Shown: positions 28,858-39,000 of the stretch, in pieces
How the letters are laid out: the number at the start of each line of letters is the position of its first letter
How positions within the stretch are numbered: position 1 is the stretch's first letter
Source of the DNA: Candidatus Latescibacterota bacterium
GTDB taxonomy: Bacteria > Latescibacterota > UBA2968 > UBA8231
Assembly: GCA_964291625.2 (NCBI GenBank)
Contig: OZ220089.1
Span: forward strand, 1,248,001-1,312,000
Direction of reading: 5' to 3'
DNA length: 64,000 nucleotides
The notes under the pieces: model-generated
Told to the model about the DNA's origin: nothing
Seen by the model: the letters and a program-made list of their open reading frames with translations, nothing else
Database searches by the model: none
Program-made: the position numbers and the translations under genes

Positions 28858-30165
28858 ATGATGGCCGGGCGACGCGCCTCGAATCGTATGGCAGAGTGTG
28901 GCCCGACCGTCGAGCCATGGCACGTGCCCCGCATCCTCGCGGTCGATCCCACCGGTCCGAGGGTATCGGCGCGAGTCGGCGAAGCCGTGGCGCTGCGGCT
29001 GGAGCTGGAGCCCTTGCAGCGTCTGCCCACCAGGCAGGAGTGGCGGCGCCTCCCCGGGCCGATCCTCTCGGCCGCCGCCACGCGCCAGCACTGGTGCCGG
29101 GTGATCCTCTACATGCCCTGCGTGGTCCGGGCCGACGGCCTCTTCAAAATGTGGTACGTGGGCAGCTCCGATCACGCCCGCGCGCCTTCGTACATACACC
29201 TGGGATATGCCGAGTCCACGGACGGACTGCGCTGGGAGGAAGACCCGCACAACCCCATCGTCACCGACGACGCCATCCCCTGGGGGCACAGGTTCCAGGC
29301 GCCCCACGTCCTCTACGACCTGCAGGACCGGGTCTACAAGATGTGGTTCACGGCCGTGGACCAGGCCGACACCGAAGGCGCCCCGTACCTGAACCAGCGC
29401 GTCGGCTACGGCGAGAGCCCGGACGGGCTCTCCTGGACCTTCCATCCCGGGCCGGTGCTGAGGACGGGGAGACGACCCTGCGTGCTGAAGCTGGACGACG
29501 GGACGTACCGCATGTGGGTGAACGCGCCGTCGAAGGAGGACCCCGATCTGAAGATGACCCTGAACATCGCCTCCTTCCGCTCCGCCGACGGTCTGCACTG
29601 GGAGCCGGAAGGGGACGCCGTCCGCTACGGCGGCATGTACCGCTCCTGCGTCTATCCCTTCGTGATGCCGGACCGGGGCGGGCTGGCCATGTGGTTCGGC
29701 GGCCACCGGGACGGCGGGTACTTCGACATCTCCTTCGGTCGCGCCCACGACGGCCGCACCTGGTACTACCAGAACGACATGCCCATCTTCCCGCCGAGCC
29801 CCGACCGGCAGGCCTTCGACGCCCGCTACACTTCCACCCCCCACGTGGTCAAGCTGCCGGGCCGCTACCTGATGTACTACTCGGCCCGCGACCTCGATGA
29901 TTGGTGGACCGCCCCCGACGGCTCCCGCCAGCGGGACCCGGACGGCGTCTACCGCCACATCGGGTGCGCGGAGCTGCCCGTCTCCGAGGCTGAGGACCCG
30001 GATCTGCAGCTCTCCTGGTCCGCCGACGGCGAGGCGATCCCCGGGGAGGGAGGGTCCCGGCGCTTCCTGGCGGAGACGGCCGGACTCTACCGGGTCACGT
30101 GCCGCGCTGAGAACGTCAACGGTTCCGCCGAGTACACCTGGGACGTGGAGGTGACCGATGGATAG
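28858..30165 (+). CDS. Five-bladed beta-propeller glycosidase-like protein (GH32/43/130-like) with Ig-like parts; start uncertain
   Basis: Repeated KMWY/F...YAES.DGL.W blades; C-terminal SW..DG...GLYRVTC...WDVEV. Confidence 0.65.
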   Translation: MMAGRRASNRMAECGPTVEPWHVPRILAVDPTGPRVSARVGEAVALRLELEPLQRLPTRQEWRRLPGPILSAAATRQHWCRVILYMPCVVRADGLFKMWYVGSSDHARAPSYIHLGYAESTDGLRWEEDPHNPIVTDDAIPWGHRFQAPHVLYDLQDRVYKMWFTAVDQADTEGAPYLNQRVGYGESPDGLSWTFHPGPVLRTGRRPCVLKLDDGTYRMWVNAPSKEDPDLKMTLNIASFRSADGLHWEPEGDAVRYGGMYRSCVYPFVMPDRGGLAMWFGGHRDGGYFDISFGRAHDGRTWYYQNDMPIFPPSPDRQAFDARYTSTPHVVKLPGRYLMYYSARDLDDWWTAPDGSRQRDPDGVYRHIGCAELPVSEAEDPDLQLSWSADGEAIPGEGGSRRFLAETAGLYRVTCRAENVNGSAEYTWDVEVTDG

Positions 30166-30988
30166 GCCGGAGGATCAACAGCAGGTCAACGTCTATGCCC
30201 CCACCTGTCTCGACATCTGGCTGAACGAACCCCGAAACGCTCCCGAGAGCAGGGCGCCCGCCAACCTGCTGCGCCTGTGGTTTCCCGAGTCGATCCTGGC
30301 CCATGACTCCAAGGACAATCTCCTTTGGGAGTACACCTTCGAGAGGCGAAGCGCCTCGTGGAAATACGTGAACGAGTCGATGGGCGACATGAAGAGGGGA
30401 CAGGCGGTCCGCAAGGTCCTCCACAGCGTCGATGCGTTCGACGGACTGGCCCTCATCGACTGCAGCGCCCGGTGGCGAGAGACCGATATCGACCTCGCCC
30501 TGAGAATCACCAACATCGGCCGCACGCCATGGTCGCGTCTGCAGACCAGCATCTGCCTGCAGCGGCCGGCGGCCCCGGACTACCTGGACGAAGACGACAC
30601 CCGGACCTACCTGGTCAGCGACGAGGGATTCGTCGCCAGCGCCGACCTCGTCTTCCCTCCGCGCCGCAGGTTGGTCTATGCCTGGATGGGTGAAGAGCTG
30701 CCGATGAAGGAGGGCGCGAGGCGCCGATTGGCGGCGCCAGCCCTGTTCGTGGTCTCGAGAGACGAGCGCTATGTCCTCGGGTATGCCTGGCAGCAGGCGC
30801 GGCGGCTCTTCCTCAACCGGGCCGGATGCGTCAGGTGCCTTCATTCCGACCCTGAGTTCGGCCCTTGCGAGCCTCAGCACCAGCAGCAGCGACAGGGTAT
30901 CATCTTCGTGAACGAGGGGACCCTCGAGGACGCGTACCACCGCTACTGCGCCTGGAACGACATGAACGACCCGTCCGACAATGGATAG
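30158..30988 (+). CDS. Hypothetical protein
   Basis: Coupled overlaps on both sides; C-terminal CLHSDP motif; coding-like composition. Confidence 0.6.
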   Translation: MDRPEDQQQVNVYAPTCLDIWLNEPRNAPESRAPANLLRLWFPESILAHDSKDNLLWEYTFERRSASWKYVNESMGDMKRGQAVRKVLHSVDAFDGLALIDCSARWRETDIDLALRITNIGRTPWSRLQTSICLQRPAAPDYLDEDDTRTYLVSDEGFVASADLVFPPRRRLVYAWMGEELPMKEGARRRLAAPALFVVSRDERYVLGYAWQQARRLFLNRAGCVRCLHSDPEFGPCEPQHQQQRQGIIFVNEGTLEDAYHRYCAWNDMNDPSDNG

Positions 30989-31892
30989 GCCGGTGGTCCT
31001 GGCCGCCGGCGGCCGGGCGCGCTGCTCGGTGGAGGTGGCGGCGGACCCGACGCCGGGGGAGGAGACGGCCGCCCGGGAGCTGGCGTGCTCGCCCCACGGG
31101 TTCGCCGCCTTCAACCGGCCCCTCGAGGACCCCGCGGGGAACCACTGGGTCTTCCAGCGGGCCATCGAGGGCTGGGCGGAGCTTGGAGTGCCCCTGGCCT
31201 ACTACGGGTACAACCCGCACAGCACCTTCGCCCACGCCCCGTTCCCGGCGGGGCGGCGGTTCCACCAGGACATCCGCTGGCTGCACCGCCGCGGCTTCGT
31301 GGGCGCCCAGTTCCAGAGCGAGGGCACCCTGTGGGGCTTCTACGGACTGAACCACCTGGTGCAGTCCCGGACGATGTGGGACGTGGACGTCGACTTCGAC
31401 GCCCTCCAGCAGGACTACTTCCGCTGCCTGTACGGCGCGGCGGCCGAGCCGGTGCGGGACCTCCACGAAGCCTTCGAGCAGGCCCTCGTGGAGCACGAGC
31501 CGATGATGAAGGGTCTCGGCGCCTTCCTGTCGCCGGAGGTGATCGCCCGGGGGAAGGAACTGATCCGCGAGGGCCGGGAGGCGAAAGGCTCGGACCAGGT
31601 CCGGGTCCGCCTGGACGTGCTGGCGGCCCAGGTGGAGTACGGCGACCGGCTCATGGGCGCCCGGCGGGCGGCCGAGACCTGGAACCGCACGAAGGACCCC
31701 GCCCACCTGGAGGCCCTGCTCCGCACACGGGACTCCGTGGTGAGCCACGTCGAGGACAACCCCGTGGACGGCGCCTACCACCTGGGCGGCGTCGGCGGCC
31801 AGCGGGGCAACATCAACAACTACCTGTCGGGGAACCTCTGGGGGGTGGAGGAGATCAAGGACCACCCCTTCAGGATGTTGCAGAAAAGGTGA
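30981..31892 (+). CDS. DUF4838-like glycoside-hydrolase-related protein, apparently internally deleted
   Basis: N-term ETAAREL (GH20b-like start) jumps directly to C-terminal motifs FHQDIRW, GLNHLVQSRTMWD, DYFRCLYGAAAEPV. Confidence 0.5.
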   Translation: MDRPVVLAAGGRARCSVEVAADPTPGEETAARELACSPHGFAAFNRPLEDPAGNHWVFQRAIEGWAELGVPLAYYGYNPHSTFAHAPFPAGRRFHQDIRWLHRRGFVGAQFQSEGTLWGFYGLNHLVQSRTMWDVDVDFDALQQDYFRCLYGAAAEPVRDLHEAFEQALVEHEPMMKGLGAFLSPEVIARGKELIREGREAKGSDQVRVRLDVLAAQVEYGDRLMGARRAAETWNRTKDPAHLEALLRTRDSVVSHVEDNPVDGAYHLGGVGGQRGNINNYLSGNLWGVEEIKDHPFRMLQKR

Positions 31893-31896
31893 GCGT

Positions 31897-32979
31897 ATGT
31901 TCAGTGATGTGCACGTCTTTGAAGTCGAGGCTCCGTATTTCACCAGGGGGATGAACGGAGACATCGCGGAGCTTCGGGACGGCCGGCTGTTGTATGCCTT
32001 TTCCGATTTGCCCGACGGGAGATCCGGCATCTACGCCTGCTCTTCCGGCGACCGGGGGCAGACCTGGAGCGAGCCGCAACAGCGGCTTTCAGGACCGGAT
32101 GCGCGATTCTCGGCACCCGCCGGCGAATGGGTGGGAATAGCCAGCTTCATGCGACGGGAGAACGGCCAGCTGATGATGGCCTATGTATGGAGTGTGGGTC
32201 GTCCCGACCCATGCGGACACTCGTATTACCGGTTCTCGGATGATGAGGGAGAGACCTGGAGCGAGGCGAGAGTGTTGACGCCCGGCAGAGAACGGATCTG
32301 CCAGATGCACAACGCGAAGCTGCTGCGCCTCTCCACCGGTCGCATCCTCGCTCCGGCCGAGTTGAGGGTCGATATCGGGCTGGACAGCGATCACCGCGGA
32401 TTCGTGAGTACGGCCTGGTACTCCGATGACGATGGTCATACCTGGCATCGTAGTGACAACGACGTCAGCATGTTGGAGCAGGGCATAGAAGCCCAGGAGC
32501 CTCACCTCGTCGAGCTGCGGGACGGGCGAGTGATGATGCTGTTCCGGACTTACAGTGGGTATGTGGGGCGGGCCGATTCACGGGATCGGGGCCAGACCTG
32601 GTCGAAAGGTGAGATCATGGAGGAACTGGAGCTTCCCATGAACAGCTCTGCGCTCCACGTGAGTCGTATCCCGTCGACCGGCGATCTACTGCTGGTGCGT
32701 TCTACCGGGAACGGCGGCGAGGAGGCCGGGGAGAGGCCTCGCGTGTACAACAGAGCAGATGGAAACAGGTATCACATTCGCACGCCGCTCACCTCCGTCA
32801 TCAGCCGCGATGAGGGGGAAACATGGGAGAACGAGAGAGTCATCGCGGGCGATCCTTACGGGGATTTCGGTTATCCCAGCGTCCTGCACCTGGATGACCT
32901 CACGCTCGTGAGCTACCACGCCCTGGACGGCCTGCATGTCGCCCGCATCCAGCCCGGTTGGTTCTACGAGCAGCGTTGA
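31897..32979 (+). CDS. Exo-alpha-sialidase (BNR/Asp-box) family
   Basis: Five SxDxGxTW boxes, QEPHLVELRDG, RTPL, GYPS. Confidence 0.88.
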   Translation: MFSDVHVFEVEAPYFTRGMNGDIAELRDGRLLYAFSDLPDGRSGIYACSSGDRGQTWSEPQQRLSGPDARFSAPAGEWVGIASFMRRENGQLMMAYVWSVGRPDPCGHSYYRFSDDEGETWSEARVLTPGRERICQMHNAKLLRLSTGRILAPAELRVDIGLDSDHRGFVSTAWYSDDDGHTWHRSDNDVSMLEQGIEAQEPHLVELRDGRVMMLFRTYSGYVGRADSRDRGQTWSKGEIMEELELPMNSSALHVSRIPSTGDLLLVRSTGNGGEEAGERPRVYNRADGNRYHIRTPLTSVISRDEGETWENERVIAGDPYGDFGYPSVLHLDDLTLVSYHALDGLHVARIQPGWFYEQR

Positions 32980-33235
32980 GAGGGCAACCGCCCGCCTCGC
33001 CCCGGTTCCGGCCTGCGCTCGCCCCGGGCGAGGGAGCGCACCAGCTCCCTCCCCTCCCGGAACGGGGAACTCCGGCCCAGCGCCCGGCGTCGTCCCTCCG
33101 AAGCACAGCCGCACCCACTGTGTAGTTTCCGCCTGGCTTGCCTTCTCGACCCGCCTCCGGCGCCGGAACGGGATGCGAAGGCAATCTCAAGAACCGTCAT
33201 CTCAACAGAGGATCAGCATGGACAGGAGGAGATAG

Positions 33236-33898
33236 ATGAGCAGCGGACTGAACGGAGGAACGGTACGCTTCCAGGACAATGAGTTCGACAGCTTCCACGA
33301 AGCCACCTGTGCTGCCCTGTTCAACAAGTACGGCTGGCAATGGGAGCAGCCGAGGCGTCCGCTGAACGGATGGCGGCCGGATTTCGCTCTCAAGGGCGAC
33401 ACCCCCGTATACGTTGAGTGCAAGGGTGGTCTTAGATGGGAAGACGTTCCCTGTTTCCAGGAACTAGTGAGATATGAGGATGCGGTTGTCGGAACTTCTG
33501 GCGAGGTCCTACTGATTCCTGAATCCCCACGGCAGGTACAGAATCCCAGAGGATACGATGTCAGCGTTCTGGGCTTTCTCTATGACGGAGAGAAGTGGTC
33601 ATACGCGGAAGTCGGGAGGTGGTCGGGAAGGGTAGGTTTCTGCCACAGCGCCAATAGCTGGAAAGATCGAATGTCAGGTGAGGATGTCGGAAAGTCATCA
33701 GGAGATGGCAGGTATCCCGACATCCATTCGGACTGGCAACTTGCTCAGCACATAGCCAGGGGCAAGAGGGTTTCCCTCTTCCAGGGGTTCAGCAATTCAG
33801 AGACAGAGACCTGGGAATCCTTAGAAGCCCAACCCCGTAGGCAGCGCCTCACCTCCGCGGCCCTGGTGGAGAACGGGGCAACACCAACGGCTTCCTGA
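33236..33898 (+). CDS. PD-(D/E)xK nuclease-like hypothetical protein (intact copy)
   Basis: WRPDFALKGDTPVYVECKG. Confidence 0.65.
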   Translation: MSSGLNGGTVRFQDNEFDSFHEATCAALFNKYGWQWEQPRRPLNGWRPDFALKGDTPVYVECKGGLRWEDVPCFQELVRYEDAVVGTSGEVLLIPESPRQVQNPRGYDVSVLGFLYDGEKWSYAEVGRWSGRVGFCHSANSWKDRMSGEDVGKSSGDGRYPDIHSDWQLAQHIARGKRVSLFQGFSNSETETWESLEAQPRRQRLTSAALVENGATPTAS

Positions 33899-33943
33899 CG
33901 GGAACCTCAGAGTCCTCCAACCTCAACCAGAAGAAGGTAGTCG

Positions 33944-34384
33944 ATGGGCTTGTTGGTCAGTGATGAGCTGACGGACGGACAGTTGGAGGAACTGATGGAA
34001 CTGTACAAGGGCGAGTGGTGGTCCAGTTCACGTACACGGCCTGATGTCCAACGGATGCTTCACAGCAGCGACGTACTCTTCGTAGTCACGGAGGAAAGCG
34101 CCGGGAATCTACTGGGGTTCGCCCGTGTTCTGACCGATGACGTGTACTATGCTCTCGTTCTCGATGTGATTGTCGACAGGGGGCACCGTGGTAAGGGTGT
34201 CGGGAGATTCTTGATGGATGCGGTCGTCTCTCACCCGCGTCTCCTTGCCGTTCGGAGTATCGAACTCGTCTGTCAGCCGGAACTCGTCCAGTTCTATCAG
34301 AAGTGGAAGTTCACTGATGCCGTTGGTCGATCTCTGCTGATGAGACGGACTGACGACAGCCTGCTTGCCAGCCCCGGACGTTGA
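33944..34384 (+). CDS. GNAT family N-acetyltransferase (intact copy)
   Basis: GFARVLTD, DVIVD...HRGKGVG, FYQKWKF. Confidence 0.9.
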   Translation: MGLLVSDELTDGQLEELMELYKGEWWSSSRTRPDVQRMLHSSDVLFVVTEESAGNLLGFARVLTDDVYYALVLDVIVDRGHRGKGVGRFLMDAVVSHPRLLAVRSIELVCQPELVQFYQKWKFTDAVGRSLLMRRTDDSLLASPGR

Positions 34385-34405
34385 CAGCCAGGGACGATCC
34401 GCTTC

Positions 34406-34954
34406 TCAGAGGAAGATATCCCGCACCGGAAGGGTCCAGTCAGGCACGACCTCCCCGCCTTCGAGTACGTCGTCGATGGTCAGGACTCGGACGTCCTCGT
34501 GCGAGCGGTACAGGGTTACCGTCTGGTCTTCCGGATCGACCACCAGGACCAGGCGGGTTCCGGCGTCGAGCCAGTCGGCGATCTTTTCCTCTACCTCCCC
34601 GGAGGTCTCACCGGGTGAGAGGACCTCGGCCGCAAGGTCGGGTGCACCCGGCCAGAAGCCTCCGGTCTCGCCCACAGCATCCACCCGTTCCCGCCGGACG
34701 AAGGCAACGTCCGGGGCCCGCACCACGTCGGGGTCCGAGGCCAGCTTGAAGCCGGTTTCAGCAGCGTATACGGCACCGAGTTGATTCGCCCGGACGAACT
34801 GGTCCAGGGGGGTGGTGAGATTGAGCGCGATTCTGCCGTGTCGGTGGCCGGCGGGGCTCATCTTTCTCAACTCTCCCCGGACGAGTTCGTAGCGAAAGCC
34901 ATCGTCCTTCATCAGCAACAACTCGTCGGCGGTGACCAAGGCGGCGGTCGTCAT
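34406..34954 (-). CDS. Uma2 family endonuclease (intact copy)
   Basis: RYELVRGEL, VRAPDVAFV, GAPDLAAEVLSP, WLDAGTRLV. Confidence 0.9.
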   Translation of the reverse strand: MTTAALVTADELLLMKDDGFRYELVRGELRKMSPAGHRHGRIALNLTTPLDQFVRANQLGAVYAAETGFKLASDPDVVRAPDVAFVRRERVDAVGETGGFWPGAPDLAAEVLSPGETSGEVEEKIADWLDAGTRLVLVVDPEDQTVTLYRSHEDVRVLTIDDVLEGGEVVPDWTLPVRDIFL

Positions 34955-35004
34955 GGGAACCTCCATATGGGGCAGGCAGGGGACCTCTCTCCCTGAACTC
35001 CTAC

Positions 35005-35658
35005 TCAGGGAGTATACACGGATGAGTCCTGCCGGGATACCCGGCGGTGCCGTCTTGCAGCTCCAGCGAGGCACCCCACCAACTCCCGCCCCTCTCGGAA
35101 CAGGTCGTGGAGATGCAGGTACCGGAACAGGGAACTCCGCCCCGCCAGGTGCAGGTTCTCGAAGCTCCGGAAGTAGTCGACGAGCAGCTCCACGCGGCCG
35201 GCGAGCTCCGCCTCCAGCACGGGATAGGCGAAGGGCAGCTTGAGCACCGCGAAGCTCAGGACCTCTCCCTCCTCGATCGGCTGCACCCTCTGCAGGGCCC
35301 GCCAGGCCCGGCGGCGCAGCTCCCCGTCGGGCAGGCTCCACAGCGGGTCCTCCGGGAAGCAGGGCATCTCGAGGACGATCGCCGTCCGGCCCTCGGGGGC
35401 CATGTGCCGGCTGCGGTTCCTGGGCTCGTAGAGGCGGGTGAAGGGGAACTCCTCCCCCGGGAAGTAGAGGGAGGCGTTCGGCGTGAAGGAGGGCCGGTCC
35501 AAGGCGAAGACGCACAGCACCAGGTGCCGGTAGCGCACGGCCTCGGCCGCGGCCAGCACCTCGGGAGGCGGCGGCGGATCGAGGATCGTCGCCGAGAGCG
35601 TCAGGGGCAGGGTGTTGACCACGGTGGAGACCTCGACCTCCTCGCGGCTGTTGATCAG
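35005..35658 (-). pseudogene. 3' fragment of FAD-dependent oxidoreductase (5'-truncated by IS481 remnant)
   Basis: Near-identical to the C-terminal half of 57034-58422. Confidence 0.88.
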
Positions 35659-35986
35659 GATGCCGGCGCCGCGCCCGGAGAATCAGCTCGGCGATCACCG
35701 GTTCCAGGCGGTGGGGGGCATGGCTGCGGTCTTCAGCCTGGGCCGCCCCTGCTCGGGGTGTCGTCGAAGCCACTTGTAGCCCGTCTTCGGCTGCCGTCGT
35801 CGGCACAGCTCCGTCATCGTCAAGGGACTGGCTCGATGATCGGCAATGAATCCCTCTCCCTGCTCCACGGGTGCGGTTCCCCACCACGGCATCGACCAAC
35901 CTCCCGCTTGGGGGTCGGTCCAAGATACCGGGGCGTGTCACCCATCGACCCGGTCAGAAGTGTTACCAATCAACCCGGATTATACC
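35659..35986 (-). mobile_element. IS481-family remnant (left end plus degraded transposase N-terminus)
   Basis: MPW...EQ...FIADH...TMTELCRR...KTGYKWLRR...EDRSHAPH...ILRARRRHP. Two related TGT(C/T)ACC(C/A)ATC(G/A)ACCCGG sub-repeats at 35936-35980. Confidence 0.75.
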
Positions 35987-36049
35987 GCAGATGCCCCCTA
36001 ACAGCCAAGACCGGTGGTATCCTCACACACGGCTCTCCATCTCCTTTGT

Positions 36050-39000
36050 CTACCGGAGCATCACCATCTTCCCGACGCGGACCTGCGATCCCCCGATCAG
36101 GCGGTACAGATAGATCCCTGAGCCCGAAAAACGTCCCTGCTCGTCCCTCCCTCTCCACCGAATGGTATGCACCCCGGCCTTTAGCATCTCGCTCTCGTGG
36201 AGCTTGGCGATCATCTGTCCCGTGATGCTGTGGACCGTGAGGGTCACCGCCATCTCCTCCGGGAGGGACAGGGTGATCATGGTCTCGGCGTTGAACGGGT
36301 TGGGTGCGGCCATGACTCCGAATCCCACCGAGTCGGCCCAGTCGGCGACGGGCTTGCTGCCCGCGGATCGCTCTTCCGCGGGCACCGTGTACTCAGACAT
36401 CGAGCTTTCCCCGACGGGGTTCTTGGCTCTGAACCCATATCTGTGCGACCGGGTATTCAGGGAATTGTCGTCGGTGAACTCAGTGTGGGTCACCCAGATC
36501 GGAGCGCTCCACATAGGCCCCTGCCGCTTGTACCAGAAGTATCCAGTGATGTCCGCCCCGTTGTCCTCTGGCTCGTCCCAAGAGACGGTGACGCTGGTTG
36601 CGGAGGAGCGGCCGTGGGAGAATCCGCTTGGAGCGTCTGGTACACCCGCGGGGGTTGCGGTGTCGGTAACGTAGCCACTCGTGCCGACCGGGTTGCGAGC
36701 TCGGACCCGGAAGTGGTACAGGGACCCGTTGGTCAGCCCGGTGATGGTGACGGACGTGGAAGAGGTGTTCTCATCTGTGCTGAGCCAGGAACCTCCATCG
36801 ATCTTGTAGTTGTAGTCGTACCCCGTGATCTTGGATCCCCGGTCGTCCCCCGGAGCTTCCCATCCAAGGGTCACCTCTTCATCGCCGCGCGAGGCGTCTA
36901 CACTCCGGGGGACGGTCGGCACACCGGCGACGACGACATTGGACAGGACGCTGGCATATTGGCCTGGGCCGAAGGCGTCGGTGTAGTCTACAAACCCCTT
37001 GATTCTCTTGCCCACAGCCAGAGTCGGCGTGGAGAAGTCCAAGGAGGAGGAATTGCTTCGCTCGGACTGTGCCCGGGATGAACTCTCCGTGTCAGAAGCG
37101 TCAACGTCGTTCCATCCGAAGCTGGTCAATGACACACCATCGGGATCCGTCACCGTCAGGGTGAACCCCGTTCCGGCCTGAGGTGTGCGAGGATCAATCG
37201 TCAGGGTGCCGGGAGTGTTGACAGGCTCTATGGTGGTTGCGGATGTGCTCGCGCTGGATCCAAACCCGTCGTTGTTGTGCGCCCTGACGCTGACGTCGTA
37301 ATCCGTGTCATCGTCGAGACCGGTCAAGGTGACTGATCGGTTTGTGGTGGTATCCCTCACCCACTCGGTCTCCGAGTCCTTCTTGTAACTGTATTGGTAG
37401 TAGTCGATGGTCTCCCCGCAGTTGTCCGGGGCTTTCCATGACAACGCAATGGTGCCGCGCTCATCATCGCTGCTGTCCGCTGTAAAGCCAGGGGGCCGCT
37501 TGGGCACGTCGGAGCGGACGCCCACAGAGCGGGCTTCCGCCTCATTGCGATCAGAGTAGTTGTCTCCGTACTTCGCCGTCACACGGATCCTCTTCCCCGC
37601 CCATGTGCCATCCAAGTCCTTCGATCCAGCAAGGGTCTGACCGGAAGGCTGTGACACCGACGCGGCTTGACTGGCGCTCTCTTTCTCCCAGAAGAACCCA
37701 TACTCGAAATCATCCGGCTCGTCCTCTCCCCTCATGGTAATGCCCCCGTCCTCATCCGTAAGGATCGCGGTAACGTTACGACAGGCTTGGGGAGAGGCGG
37801 GGGAGAAACTGATGGAACCAGGGTCTGGTCCGTTCAGGACGTTGACCGTGCGTTCGATCGTGTCGGACAACTGCTCGGAGGTGACCTCGGTGATCTTGAT
37901 GTCTACATCGTATGTACTCTTGACTTCATAGTTCGGGGTGGTCCTGAACTCCAACCGACGCCGATCCGAATGCCCTTCCACGTCTGCCAGGTCGAACGAG
38001 CTTCGATCCTCCCCGAGGAGCGACCACGTGATGGCATCGCCATTGGCATCGGTGCCTCTGTAGACTCCGGCGATCACCTCGGTCGCCTCTCTCACGTCTC
38101 GCCTGGTGACCTCTGTCAGTACGGGACCCACGTTGGCCTCCGGTGGGGTCGTCGCCGACACGGAAGTCCTTGCGCCATATCCCTCGTCGTCATCGGAGCG
38201 GTTGCTGGCCCTCAACTCGAAATCATACGTCGTCTCGTGCGCCAAGCCGGTGACGGTCAAGGAGGTGGCGGAGCCGTTACGCAGGAGCTTGGTCGTCCAT
38301 GAGGACGTGCCCTGCCGACGGTATCGATACTCGTATCGGGTGAGAGCCTTCCCGCAATCATCCGCAGCCGTCCATGACAGCCGAACCCGGTTCTGTCCGG
38401 TCGTCGCCGTCAGTGCCGTCGGCTTTCTCGGCACGTTGGCCTCGATGGTGATGGATGAGCCAGCAGCCGTCTTCAACGGCCCTTGCGCGTCTTCATATTT
38501 TGCGGTCACATGGAGAGTCTTCCCAGCGTCCCGATTCTTCGGTTCGTAGACTTCCTCGACCGACACCGGAGCGGGAGCATCGCCCCCTTCCGGCGGCGAA
38601 TCTTGGATCCTCCACTGCCATCCATAGGTCTTGTCGGGCGGGGGATCGGCGAAGGAGATCCCTCCGTCCGGGTCCGTGAGAGTCGCCCTGATTCCATCGA
38701 CACAGGTCTTCGGGATGTCCGGGAAACGGATGCTCCCTGCCTCGTCCAGGTTGTTCAGATGGACAGTGACCGCCTTGGTGTCTCTGGCGTCGTGACGGTC
38801 CGAGACTCGCAGCTTCACGTTGTAGGTGGCCTTGTGCTCGAAGTCCGGGGCCGAGTCGAAGGAGAGGGTCCGGGAAACCCGCCGATCCGTATCGTCATCG
38901 TCGTCGGGGTCGGCGAGATCGAACAAGGCCGCGTCAGTGCCCGTCATCACGAGCCAGGAGACCTCGTCTCCGAGGTCTTCATCCGACCCGATGTAGGTAT

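Larger units (their letters stand above)
33503..35658 (+). repeat. Copy 1 of a ~2.2 kb direct repeat
   Basis: Aligns by eye with 55440-57686 (nuclease 3' half, GNAT, Uma2, oxidoreductase 3' half). Confidence 0.92.

Noticed and set aside
33014-33040. Hairpin after the sialidase as a terminator or REP
   Set aside because: GC-rich stem without a U-tract and not repeated in the window; too weak to call.
34406-35941. 511-aa ORF suggesting a long Uma2 fusion
   Set aside because: Chance read-through of an IS481 remnant and an alternative frame of the oxidoreductase fragment. The real Uma2 start is near 34954.
35990-36045. Start of a fourth module gene downstream of the giant protease
   Set aside because: An RBS-like AAGGAG and a few codons precede the IS481 end; too short to support.
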